From contig JAFGSQ010000049.1 in the NCBI GenBank assembly GCA_016934535.1, positions 1 to 48,227 of the forward strand: a stretch of DNA of 48,227 bases, written 5' to 3'. Below, one piece after another: positions 28,411 to 37,226 of the stretch. A program made the translations under genes and the position numbers. Source of the DNA: a candidate division WOR-3 bacterium (GTDB lineage: Bacteria; SDB-A). Position 1 is the stretch's first letter, and each line of letters begins with the position of its first letter. The notes under the pieces are model-generated. The model was not told where the DNA came from. It made no database searches and saw only the letters and a list, made by a program, of their open reading frames with translations.

Positions 28411-31122
28411 ATGACGCGTATAAACAACAAGATAACCCTACCGTCTGTATTGGTTGTCACCACAGTCCTCGGTGTTGTTTGTTATTTTAATTCCGTTGCG
28501 GCTGTTTATGTTTCCACAACATTGAGATTAACAGCTTTCATTATTGCGCTTGTGGTTTTGATTAAAAGATGGAACTGGACCCTTTTTATTTTGTCTTTGC
28601 TTCTGCCATTTTCTTCATTTTTCATTCTTTTTGATTTTATCAAAAAAGATAGCACGTACGAAATGTTTTATTTTCAAGAACACATTAGACAGGCAGTAAC
28701 TTATACTGTCAGCGTCTTTATTTTTTTCGGAACTATTTACGTCAGAAAATTCTACCAAAAAGCCTTGAAAATGAGATGTCTGGAAAAAGAACTTAACGGA
28801 AAAATAAAAACTTTCGAGACCATATTTAATATTATCCCGGAACTTATTTTCATAATTGATAAAGACGGATATTTCAGAGATGTCATCGCCAATAATGATG
28901 AAGAGCTTTACATTCCGAAAGATGAAATTATTGGTCGAAATTTAAAAGGGACGCTTCCGGATCATGTTGTATCTAAATCACTTCAAGCCATAAAAGAGAC
29001 TTTGAAAACAGGCGAGAAAACTGTATTTGAGTACGATCTTGAAATGAAAAGCGGAAAAAAATATTTTTCAGCAAATCACGCCCCTTTTTTAGAAGACAGG
29101 GTTCTTGTGACCGTAAAAAATATAACGGATTACGTTGATGTAAACAAATCACTCGCCGAAAGCGAAGAGAAATACAAGTATTTGATAAAAGAAAGCGCCG
29201 ACGGAATAATGCGGTTCGAAATTGAAAAGCCCATGTCAATTAAATGCCCGGTGGAAGAACAATTAAAAATTTTTTTCAATCAAGCGCGTCTCGCTGAATG
29301 CAATGACGCTTATGCGAAAATGTACGGTTACGACAAGGCTTCTGACGTGATAGGAAAAAAACTGGATAACTTTATGCGAATGAATGCCAGTGACAGCGAA
29401 AAATTCTTGATAGAATTCGTCACTTCAGGATACAAATTACGGGATGTTGTTACGATTGAAAATGATATACACGGGAAAAAAAGAATATTCAGCAACAATT
29501 TGTTCGGATATGTGGTTGACGGAATGATTTCCCATGCATGGGGAATACAGCGCGATATAACAATAGAAGCTACTCTCGAAGAAATTTCCAAAAAAGAAAA
29601 AGAACTCATGGGCAAGATACTTTCTTCTCTCGAGATCGGCTTGACAATTTATGACAGAAACATGGAAGTTCTGTGGGTAAATGAATTCATAAAAAAAATG
29701 TTCCCGTTCGGGGATCCTGTTGGGAAAAAATGCTACGTTCATTTCGTTAAAAAAGACACTGTTTGCGAAAAATGCTCTGTTGCGAAGACTTTTGAGACTC
29801 AAAAGAATCAGAATGAGATGCGTTTCAGCAAAGTCATCAACAAATGGTACAACAGCAGGACATTTATAATTTACGATGAGAATCAAAAGGATTTTCAGGT
29901 GCTCGAATCGATAGTAGACATAACTGATCAGATTAAAAGCGAAGAGAATAAAATCAGAATTGAACAACAGATGCTTCAGTCTCAAAAACTCGAAAGCCTC
30001 GGAGTCCTCGCCGGAGGAATCGCTCACGACTTTAACAACCTTCTGATGGGAATATTGGGCAACGCGGATCTGCTTTTATCAAAATTGAAAGGTTCTTCAA
30101 CAGAAAAATCCTATGTTTCAGAAATAATACAAGCGTCCAAAAACGCATCCCAACTCACTAAACAGTTGTTGTCTTATTCAGGAAAGGGTAAACTCGAGCT
30201 TGAGGAAGTAGATGTCAACGGGATGATAAGGGAAATGGCACCTATTTTGCTTTTATCAATATCGAAAAAGGCGACAATCAAATACGATCTGACCGAAGAC
30301 ATACCTTGTGTTTCCGGCGATCTTTCGCAGATCCGACAGATAATCATGAATCTTATAATAAATGCGTCTGAATCCCTAAACGGCAGACACGGTTTGATAT
30401 TGGTCAGAACCAACGTCAGCAGAGGAACCCACGCGTCAGACGAAGAGGGTATTCTCGGTAATTTGGATCAAGATGTAAATTATGTTTATATAGAAGTAAC
30501 AGACAGCGGAGCAGGAATGGATGAGGAAACCAAAGCAAAAATATTCGAACCTTTCTATTCAACAAAATTTATTGGAAGGGGACTAGGGCTGGCTGCAGTC
30601 CTTGGTATTGTGAAAGCTCACAAGGGAGCAATAAAAGTGGTTTCCGAACAGGGACAAGGTTCGACCTTCAGGATTTTTCTTCCCTCTGGAGGCAGAATTA
30701 AAGAAAAAAAACCCGATGATGTTGAAACGAAAACTCTCGAAAAAGGCAGAGGCACGATTTTACTCATAGACGACGAAAAACTCGTCAGGGACATTTGCGC
30801 TAAAATGCTTGATTCTTTGGGTTTCAAAGTTCTCACAGCCAGGGACGGAATCGAAGGGATCGATGTGTTTATTTCGGAAAAAGATGCTGTCGAATGTATT
30901 ATTTTGGACCTGACTATGCCGAGAATGGACGGAGAGGAGTGTCTTTCCAGGATCAGGGAGATAAAACCGGACGCTAAAGTAATAATGTCCAGCGGATATG
31001 ATGAACACGACATTTCAAAAAAATTCATGGGCAGGGAGATTAACGGATTCATACAAAAACCTTACAATTTAAAAACCCTTTCAAAGACGCTGTCTGACAT
31101 TTTTGAAGTGAGAAAATCGTGA
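28411..31122 (+). CDS. Membrane-bound multi-PAS hybrid sensor histidine kinase / response regulator
   Basis: N-terminal transmembrane helices, three PAS-like domains, H-box GGIAHDFNNLL, NLIINA, DSGAGM, FEPFYSTK..GRGLGL, and a receiver domain (LIDDE..DLTMP..SSG..KP). Confidence 0.95.
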   Translation: MTRINNKITLPSVLVVTTVLGVVCYFNSVAAVYVSTTLRLTAFIIALVVLIKRWNWTLFILSLLLPFSSFFILFDFIKKDSTYEMFYFQEHIRQAVTYTVSVFIFFGTIYVRKFYQKALKMRCLEKELNGKIKTFETIFNIIPELIFIIDKDGYFRDVIANNDEELYIPKDEIIGRNLKGTLPDHVVSKSLQAIKETLKTGEKTVFEYDLEMKSGKKYFSANHAPFLEDRVLVTVKNITDYVDVNKSLAESEEKYKYLIKESADGIMRFEIEKPMSIKCPVEEQLKIFFNQARLAECNDAYAKMYGYDKASDVIGKKLDNFMRMNASDSEKFLIEFVTSGYKLRDVVTIENDIHGKKRIFSNNLFGYVVDGMISHAWGIQRDITIEATLEEISKKEKELMGKILSSLEIGLTIYDRNMEVLWVNEFIKKMFPFGDPVGKKCYVHFVKKDTVCEKCSVAKTFETQKNQNEMRFSKVINKWYNSRTFIIYDENQKDFQVLESIVDITDQIKSEENKIRIEQQMLQSQKLESLGVLAGGIAHDFNNLLMGILGNADLLLSKLKGSSTEKSYVSEIIQASKNASQLTKQLLSYSGKGKLELEEVDVNGMIREMAPILLLSISKKATIKYDLTEDIPCVSGDLSQIRQIIMNLIINASESLNGRHGLILVRTNVSRGTHASDEEGILGNLDQDVNYVYIEVTDSGAGMDEETKAKIFEPFYSTKFIGRGLGLAAVLGIVKAHKGAIKVVSEQGQGSTFRIFLPSGGRIKEKKPDDVETKTLEKGRGTILLIDDEKLVRDICAKMLDSLGFKVLTARDGIEGIDVFISEKDAVECIILDLTMPRMDGEECLSRIREIKPDAKVIMSSGYDEHDISKKFMGREINGFIQKPYNLKTLSKTLSDIFEVRKS

Positions 31123-32246
31123 GATATGTCAAATTCGGAAAGACCGGTGAGGAGATTTCGGCACTGGGGATGGGTTGTATGAGACTGCCGGTGAAGAATT
31201 CTATCAATGAAATAGACCGGCAGAAAGCGATAAAGGTCCTTGAAAAAGCAATCGAATCCGGGATTAATTATTTCGACACAGCTTATCCGTATCACGGAGG
31301 TAACAGCGAATCGTTCCTCGGCGAGTTTTTGAAAAATGGTCTGAGAAAAAAAATTCACGTTGCGACGAAACTTCCAGTTTGGAAAGTCGGGAAAGATGAC
31401 GATTTTGAAATATATCTCGATGAGCAAATGAAAAAGCTCAGGACCGATTTTATTGATTATTATCTTCTGCATTCCCTTCATGATTCATCGTGGAAAAAAG
31501 TCAAGGAGCTGTCTGTCCTCGAAAAGGCGTTCAAGGCAAAACGACAGGGAAAAATAGGGCATGTTGGATTTTCTTTCCACGATGAGTTCAAGGTTTTTAA
31601 GGATATATTGGAATATTGCGGGGAATGGGATTTTTGCCAGATCCAGTACAATTTCATGAATGAAGAATTTCAGGCGGGCACCAAAGGCTTGGAACTGGCT
31701 TACTCGAAAGGCATCCCCGTTATAGTAATGGAACCGCTTTTGGGCGGAAATCTTGTCACTCCTCCGGAAAGTGTGCGGAAAATATGGGAACTGAGTTCTG
31801 TGCAAAAAACACCGGCGGAATGGGCTCTTTCATGGCTTTGGAACAAAAAGGAAGTGTCTTTGATCCTGAGCGGAATGAATGATGTCAGGCAGATCTCTGA
31901 GAATGTCCGCACCGCAGAGGATTCAAAGCCGGGTTTTCTTACCGAAGAGGATTTGCTTTTGTTTGAAAAAGTTAAAAACACTTACGACCAAATGAAGCAT
32001 TTTCAGTGCACAGGTTGTTCATACTGCATGCCATGCCCTTCCGAAGTTTTCATTCCCGGAGTATTGAGTCTTTATTCCGATCTTTTGATGTACAAAAACG
32101 TTAATAACGTCAAAAACAGATATCAATTCATACCCGAAAAGAACAGGGCGGATAAATGCGTTAAATGCGGTCTCTGCGAAACGAAATGCCCTCAGCGTTT
32201 GAATATCATGGCTTTGTTGGACGAGTTCAAAGAAGCGGTAAAGTGA
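31119..32246 (+). CDS. Aldo/keto reductase with a C-terminal ferredoxin-like domain
   Basis: LGMGCMRLP, INYFDTAYPYH, ATKLP, YLLH and GFSFH; CTGCSYCMPCP and CVKCGLCETKCP. Confidence 0.94.
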   Translation: MRYVKFGKTGEEISALGMGCMRLPVKNSINEIDRQKAIKVLEKAIESGINYFDTAYPYHGGNSESFLGEFLKNGLRKKIHVATKLPVWKVGKDDDFEIYLDEQMKKLRTDFIDYYLLHSLHDSSWKKVKELSVLEKAFKAKRQGKIGHVGFSFHDEFKVFKDILEYCGEWDFCQIQYNFMNEEFQAGTKGLELAYSKGIPVIVMEPLLGGNLVTPPESVRKIWELSSVQKTPAEWALSWLWNKKEVSLILSGMNDVRQISENVRTAEDSKPGFLTEEDLLLFEKVKNTYDQMKHFQCTGCSYCMPCPSEVFIPGVLSLYSDLLMYKNVNNVKNRYQFIPEKNRADKCVKCGLCETKCPQRLNIMALLDEFKEAVK

Positions 32247-32296
32247 TCGCGATATATTTTTAACATAACGCGCTGACAAGGCGGGGAAAGGCTCTG

Positions 32297-32740
32297 ATGA
32301 ATGAAGAAGAAATAAAAAAAATCATCAAGGAAAAATCGGCAGGAAGCACGAGGCGTTTTGAAAAACTTGTGTTTTCAGATCCATGCGGGATCCTTGGGCT
32401 CGAAAATATATTTTGGGATGCGTTTGAAAAATATATAAGTGAATCGAGAGTCAAAATTAGCCCGGCTGAAGAAGGCGAAACCGTTAAATACAGTTTGGCG
32501 GAAGACGGATCCTTTGCGGCAGTTTCGAATTACCGGTCAAAGAATCCGGCTTCCAGGATTATCATTCTGTTTTTTGTTCCGGATATTTTTATATCCGCCA
32601 ACCTGAACACGGATTATTTTGAGCCTTGCATTGAAGTCGAAATTAAATCTGAGGAACAAAAACGAATCGACAGGGTTTTTTACTTACTGACGGATTTTTT
32701 TGCAAAAAATTCATGCGAATTGCTTCAGATCTCGTCATGA
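32297..32740 (+). CDS. Hypothetical protein
   Basis: 147-aa ORF co-oriented with its neighbours and filling the gap, with a GGGGAAAGG purine tract upstream. No motif recognised. Confidence 0.6.
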   Translation: MNEEEIKKIIKEKSAGSTRRFEKLVFSDPCGILGLENIFWDAFEKYISESRVKISPAEEGETVKYSLAEDGSFAAVSNYRSKNPASRIIILFFVPDIFISANLNTDYFEPCIEVEIKSEEQKRIDRVFYLLTDFFAKNSCELLQISS

Positions 32741-32778
32741 AAACCGCTTCGATAAACCTCAAATATAAAGGAGATATC

Positions 32779-33252
32779 ATGAACTTCCTTAAAGTTGCCC
32801 TGACAATGTTCTTTTTATTCTCATTCCGGATAATTGAAGCTGAAACAATAGAATATAAAGAAGGCGGAATTTCATTCTATCTTCCTGAAACATGGGAGTC
32901 GGATTCTGACGAGTTCGGATTGCTCATTTTTCCTTCTGACGAAAGCCTGGTCATAGGATTTTTTCCGACGACGCCAGATGATATGTTTGAATACTTCGAT
33001 TGTTTGATTGAAGAGCTCAAGGAGCAGATTGGTGAAATTGAGTTCGATAAATCCGAAGAAGAATACTTCAACGGCATGAAAGCCCTTTACGGAGAAGGTT
33101 CGACCTTGGAAGGCGATATAATGGTCGCGTACTTCATATTCGAAACAGGAGAAGGGAATGCCCTCATCATGTTAGGTTTCGGAAGTGAAGAAGAAGCCGA
33201 AATACACGAGGATGAAGTGGAGCTTCTACTGGAGAGTATCAAAGCTCTTTGA
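32779..33252 (+). CDS. Hypothetical secreted acidic protein
   Basis: ATG 32779 after AAGGAG. Signal peptide MNFLKVALTMFFLFSF. GISFYLPETW and the end LLESIK are reminiscent of PsbP/DcrB-like folds. Confidence 0.7.
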   Translation: MNFLKVALTMFFLFSFRIIEAETIEYKEGGISFYLPETWESDSDEFGLLIFPSDESLVIGFFPTTPDDMFEYFDCLIEELKEQIGEIEFDKSEEEYFNGMKALYGEGSTLEGDIMVAYFIFETGEGNALIMLGFGSEEEAEIHEDEVELLLESIKAL

Positions 33253-33296
33253 TTTTTTCATTGTCAGTACATAAGACATCCTATCTTCAATGTTTA

Positions 33297-35123
33297 TCAA
33301 ACTCCGAGGTATTCCAGCTCTTTTTCATGTATGAACTGATTTTTATACAGCTTATAGTATCTGCCTCGTGATTTGATCAGATTGCCATGAGTTCCCTGTT
33401 CGAGTATTTTTCCGTTTTCAATGAGGACTATTCTGTCCACCGATGTTATTGTCGAAAGCCTGTGAGCTATTATTATGCTTGTCCTTCCGTGCATAAGTTT
33501 CTTAATGCCTGTCTGAATGAGTTTTTCTGTCTCCGTGTCGACAGAAGAAGTCGCTTCATCGAGAATAAGTATTTTGGGATCACTCAGAAGCGCTCTCGCC
33601 AGCGATATAAGCTGTTTTTGTCCTACTGACAGAAATCCACCGCCTTCTCCGACTTCGGTTCTGTATCCGTTGTCCAGTTTGTTTATAAATCTGTCGGCGA
33701 AGACCGCATGTGCCGCTTCTCTGATTTCATTTTCTGCCGCCTCAAGTTTTCCGTATCTTATGTTATCTGAAATAGTACCGCTGAAAAGGTGAGGTGTTTG
33801 AAGCATGACACCTATGTTGGATTGAAGCGTATGAAGACTCATTTCTTTGTAATCTTTCCCGTCGATGAGAATTTTTCCTGATACGGGTTCATAAAATCTG
33901 CAGACAAGACTGGCGATTGTTGTTTTTCCTGAACCGGTTTCACCTACCAGAGCTACGCTTTCTCCTTCATTTACCTTGAAGTTAAAGTTTTCGAGAATTG
34001 AATATCCTGTGCCGTATCTGAAGAAGACGTTTATAAATTCGACCTCCCCTTTTATCTTGTTTGAAGAGGATAGATTCATAGAATCTGTCTGAGTAGCGAG
34101 TACTTGGGGCGAATCTTTTATTTCGGGTTCAACGCCGAGAAGAGAAAAAACTCTTTCAGCCGACGCCTGGGCGTTTTGAAATTCGGCGAAAATCCTTGCG
34201 AGTTCCTGAACGGGTTCAAAAAACCTGATCGAATAGGATATGAAAGCCACCAGAGTTCCGTACGTGATAAAGCCGGCAGTTACTGATGTTCCGCCATAAA
34301 TAACTGCGATTGCGGTGCCGGCGCTCGATATGAACAGGACAACAGGCAAATACATGGAAGAACGCAGAGCGGCCGTGAATGACGCTTTGAACATCTTGCC
34401 GGTCAGTCCTTTAAATTCGGCGAGGTTTTCAGTTTCTCTGACCAGAGTCTTGGTCGTCTTCGCACCTGTTATCCCCTCGTTGTACGAACCGGTAATCTGC
34501 GAGTTTATTTTTCTGACAGACCTGTAGCTTTTGAGTATCAGTTTTTGGAATTTGAAGCTGATATATACAAGCACCGGCACAGTCACCAGAACTGATAAAG
34601 CGATTTTCCAGTTCAGATAAAACATTATAAAACTTATTGCTGTCATCATTGTCAGACCCCAGATGAGATCCACAAAACCCCACGCGAAAGTGTCGGCGAT
34701 TCTTTCGACGTCTGATGTCATTCTTGCCATTAACCATCCCACCGGCGTTTTGTCAAAATACGAAAAAGACAGCGATTGAAGCTTGTCGAAGGCTGATTTT
34801 CTTATGTCGTAACACATCCACATATCTATCCTGCCGGCCAGGGCGATAAGCAGAAAAACATTGACGCTTTGAAAAAGGACCAGAATAGTATAAAGGAGCA
34901 CGAATTTGACTACGAAAGTGAAATCTCTGGCTATGATAAGCCTGTCAATGGCGTATTTTGTCATGAGAGGGAACACGGCATCAATCAAAGCGACAAATAT
35001 CATGACGACAAATAGAAAGAATACGAGTTTTGAATAAGGCTTTGAAAAACCGAGAACTTTTTTCCAGAGCTCAGGCCTGAAAACCTTTGTGAATTCTTCT
35101 TCCCGGAATGAATATTCATTCAT
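33297..35123 (-). CDS. ABC exporter, fused permease/ATPase (subunit with consensus Walker B)
   Basis: ATG 35123 after AAGGAGG. Transmembrane domain plus GETGSGKT, LSVGQ, ILDEATSSVD and IAHRLS. Confidence 0.95.
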   Translation of the reverse strand: MNEYSFREEEFTKVFRPELWKKVLGFSKPYSKLVFFLFVVMIFVALIDAVFPLMTKYAIDRLIIARDFTFVVKFVLLYTILVLFQSVNVFLLIALAGRIDMWMCYDIRKSAFDKLQSLSFSYFDKTPVGWLMARMTSDVERIADTFAWGFVDLIWGLTMMTAISFIMFYLNWKIALSVLVTVPVLVYISFKFQKLILKSYRSVRKINSQITGSYNEGITGAKTTKTLVRETENLAEFKGLTGKMFKASFTAALRSSMYLPVVLFISSAGTAIAVIYGGTSVTAGFITYGTLVAFISYSIRFFEPVQELARIFAEFQNAQASAERVFSLLGVEPEIKDSPQVLATQTDSMNLSSSNKIKGEVEFINVFFRYGTGYSILENFNFKVNEGESVALVGETGSGKTTIASLVCRFYEPVSGKILIDGKDYKEMSLHTLQSNIGVMLQTPHLFSGTISDNIRYGKLEAAENEIREAAHAVFADRFINKLDNGYRTEVGEGGGFLSVGQKQLISLARALLSDPKILILDEATSSVDTETEKLIQTGIKKLMHGRTSIIIAHRLSTITSVDRIVLIENGKILEQGTHGNLIKSRGRYYKLYKNQFIHEKELEYLGV

Positions 35124-36978
35124 AAATTGCCTCCTTTGTTCTCGAAGGCGTTTCGCCAAAAACATCTTTTTCGAACTCGGATTGTATTTCCCATACTCTT
35201 TTGTAAAGACCTTGTTCTCTGATCAACTCTTTGTGAGTGCCCGACTGAACTATCGAGCCGTTTTCCATAACGAATATCCTGTCGGCGCTTGAAATAGAGG
35301 ATATCCTGTGGGATATTATCAGAGTCGTTCTTCTTCCTTTTCTACCAATGAGAGCGCTTCTGATTCTGACGTCTGTTTCGGAGTCGAGTGAACTGAAGGA
35401 ATCGTCGAAAATCAGCACAGGAGGGTCTTTCAGAAGAGTTCTCGCAATGGCTATCCTCTGCTTCTGACCGCCTGAAAGAGTCACTCCTCTTTCGCCGACG
35501 AGCGTGTCGTATCCTTTCTCGAAGGACAGTATGACGTCATGGATGGCCGATAATTCAGATGCTTTGTGCAGTTCGTCGTCGGATGTGACTTTTTTTCCCA
35601 TCAAGAGATTTTCTCTTATTGTCTTGGAGAACAAAAAAGGTTCCTGCAGGACTATGCCGATGTTTTTTCGTATATGATGAAGATCTGTGTCTTTTAACTC
35701 TCTGCCGTCAATCAGGATCGAACCCTTGGAGTAATCGTAAAGCCTGGGAATGAGACTTACCAAAGCTGTTTTCCCCGAGCCCGTCGGTCCTATAAGCGCG
35801 ACAGTCTGTCCCTTTTTGATCCTGAAAGAGACCCCTCTCAGAGCCGGTTCAGAAGATTTTGGAAAATAATACCAGACGTCTTTGAATTCAATGTCACCCA
35901 TGACATCAAAGTCTGAAATTCGGGTTTGATCAGGTAAGACGGTGTTGTTTTCGGCTATCAAGTACTCTGTTTTTTCGGCGAGAATTTCATTTACTCTTTC
36001 AACGGATACGAACGTCTTTCCCATGTCCGTGATTATCCTGCCCATCTGCCTTATTGGCCAAAGAAGAAGATTTTCGTAGGTCACGAAAACCACGAGAGTT
36101 CCAATAGACAAATTTCCGCCAAGAGCCATTTTTACACCGACAACCGTGACGAGTGCTATTTGTGCCATACAAAGCAGGTCCGACGATGACCAGTAGAGGG
36201 ATAATAATATTATAAGTTTGTAAGTCAGATCTCTGAAAGATGTATTCTTTTCATCGAATTTCTTGACCTCAAATTCCTGTCTCGCGAAAGCTCTGACAAT
36301 CCTAATGCCGGTCAGGTTTTCCTGAAGCATTGATGAAAGCACTCCTTCGGACTCGTCCGAAATTTTGAAAGCCTTTTTTACCTTGACGAAGAACAGAACC
36401 GAAAAACCGAAAATCACGGGGATGATGAGCATGGAGTACAAAGTCATTGTGGTGTTCAAATTTATCATAATCGGCAAAACGAGACCGAGCATTACCAGGG
36501 CTCTTCCAACTTCAATAAACTGAACTGAAAAAAACCTTCTTATGGTTTCGACGTCCGAAGAGCATCTTTGTATTAAATCACCCGTTTTGACTGCCGTGTG
36601 ATAAGAAAAAGGCAGGTACTGGATGTGGTTGTACAGTCTGTTTCTCAGGTCTCTTGTCGCTCCTTCAGATGATTTTGAAGAAAGAGTCCCCTTTAGTAAA
36701 GTAAAAATTCCCTGAAAAAGAGTCGCCGTTATGAGCAGAACTCCGGCGAAGTAAAGATTGCTGCTAAGAGGACTCTTTCCGTTAAAGAAGAATAGATTTC
36801 TGACAAAAAACGGAATTTGAGCCTCGTTCCTGCCTATTGTAAAGTCAATGACGTGTTTTATTATCAGAGGAGTCAAAAAACTGAAGACTGCGGCAAGGGA
36901 CATACATACTATGGATAAGAAGAACGGAATGCGATGCCCTCTCATAATATTATTCATTTGTTTTATTTTATCGAACAT
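35116..36978 (-). CDS. ABC exporter, fused permease/ATPase (subunit with degenerate Walker B)
   Basis: Transmembrane domain plus GPTGSGKT, LSGGQ, IFDDSFSSLD (D in place of the catalytic E) and ISHR. The pair resembles heterodimeric type IV exporters. Confidence 0.95.
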   Translation of the reverse strand: MFDKIKQMNNIMRGHRIPFFLSIVCMSLAAVFSFLTPLIIKHVIDFTIGRNEAQIPFFVRNLFFFNGKSPLSSNLYFAGVLLITATLFQGIFTLLKGTLSSKSSEGATRDLRNRLYNHIQYLPFSYHTAVKTGDLIQRCSSDVETIRRFFSVQFIEVGRALVMLGLVLPIMINLNTTMTLYSMLIIPVIFGFSVLFFVKVKKAFKISDESEGVLSSMLQENLTGIRIVRAFARQEFEVKKFDEKNTSFRDLTYKLIILLSLYWSSSDLLCMAQIALVTVVGVKMALGGNLSIGTLVVFVTYENLLLWPIRQMGRIITDMGKTFVSVERVNEILAEKTEYLIAENNTVLPDQTRISDFDVMGDIEFKDVWYYFPKSSEPALRGVSFRIKKGQTVALIGPTGSGKTALVSLIPRLYDYSKGSILIDGRELKDTDLHHIRKNIGIVLQEPFLFSKTIRENLLMGKKVTSDDELHKASELSAIHDVILSFEKGYDTLVGERGVTLSGGQKQRIAIARTLLKDPPVLIFDDSFSSLDSETDVRIRSALIGRKGRRTTLIISHRISSISSADRIFVMENGSIVQSGTHKELIREQGLYKRVWEIQSEFEKDVFGETPSRTKEAIYE

Positions 36979-37033
36979 ACAAAAATCCTCTGCAAATACG
37001 CATGGTTAATCGTTTTAATTTCTGTTGGAAATG

Positions 37034-37062
37034 ACGAAAATTTCTCTGTCAGAAATTTTCGT
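37034..37062 (-). promoter_or_regulatory. 12-bp perfect hairpin in the 5' leader of the ABC exporter operon
   Basis: ACGAAAATTTCT-5 nt-AGAAATTTTCGT, next to a second small hairpin GCCC-5 nt-GGGC at 37065-37077. Confidence 0.55.
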
Positions 37063-37095
37063 GTGCCCTATGCGGGCGGAAACGACTTTGAGTTT

Positions 37096-37122
37096 TTAAA
37101 TTATAACGTCGGTCTTAATCAT
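37096..37122 (-). CDS. Putative leader peptide MIKTDVII
   Basis: Minus strand GGTGAGGTG-cag-ATG ATT AAG ACC GAC GTT ATA ATT TAA: a strong SD in front of an 8-codon uORF, 117 nt upstream of the ABC start. Confidence 0.5.
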   Translation of the reverse strand: MIKTDVII

Positions 37123-37198
37123 CTGCACCTCACCGCTAAAAAGTGAATTATAGATGATTTAACAAAATAAATTTTTTGTCAAGCGTTTTTTGAAGGAG

Positions 37199-37224
37199 AA
37201 ATGGCACGGACCACCGTGCCATTT
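37199..37224. terminator. Intrinsic terminator-like hairpin after the Omp28-like gene
   Basis: AAATGGCACGG-ACCA-CCGTGCCATTT, an 11-bp stem immediately past the stop codon at 37227. Confidence 0.65.
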
Positions 37225-37226
37225 TT

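Noticed and set aside
36934-37146. 70-aa plus-strand ORF in the ABC leader region
   Set aside because: It has no RBS or recognisable motif, overlaps the ABC start antisense, and the region is better explained as a minus-strand 5' leader.
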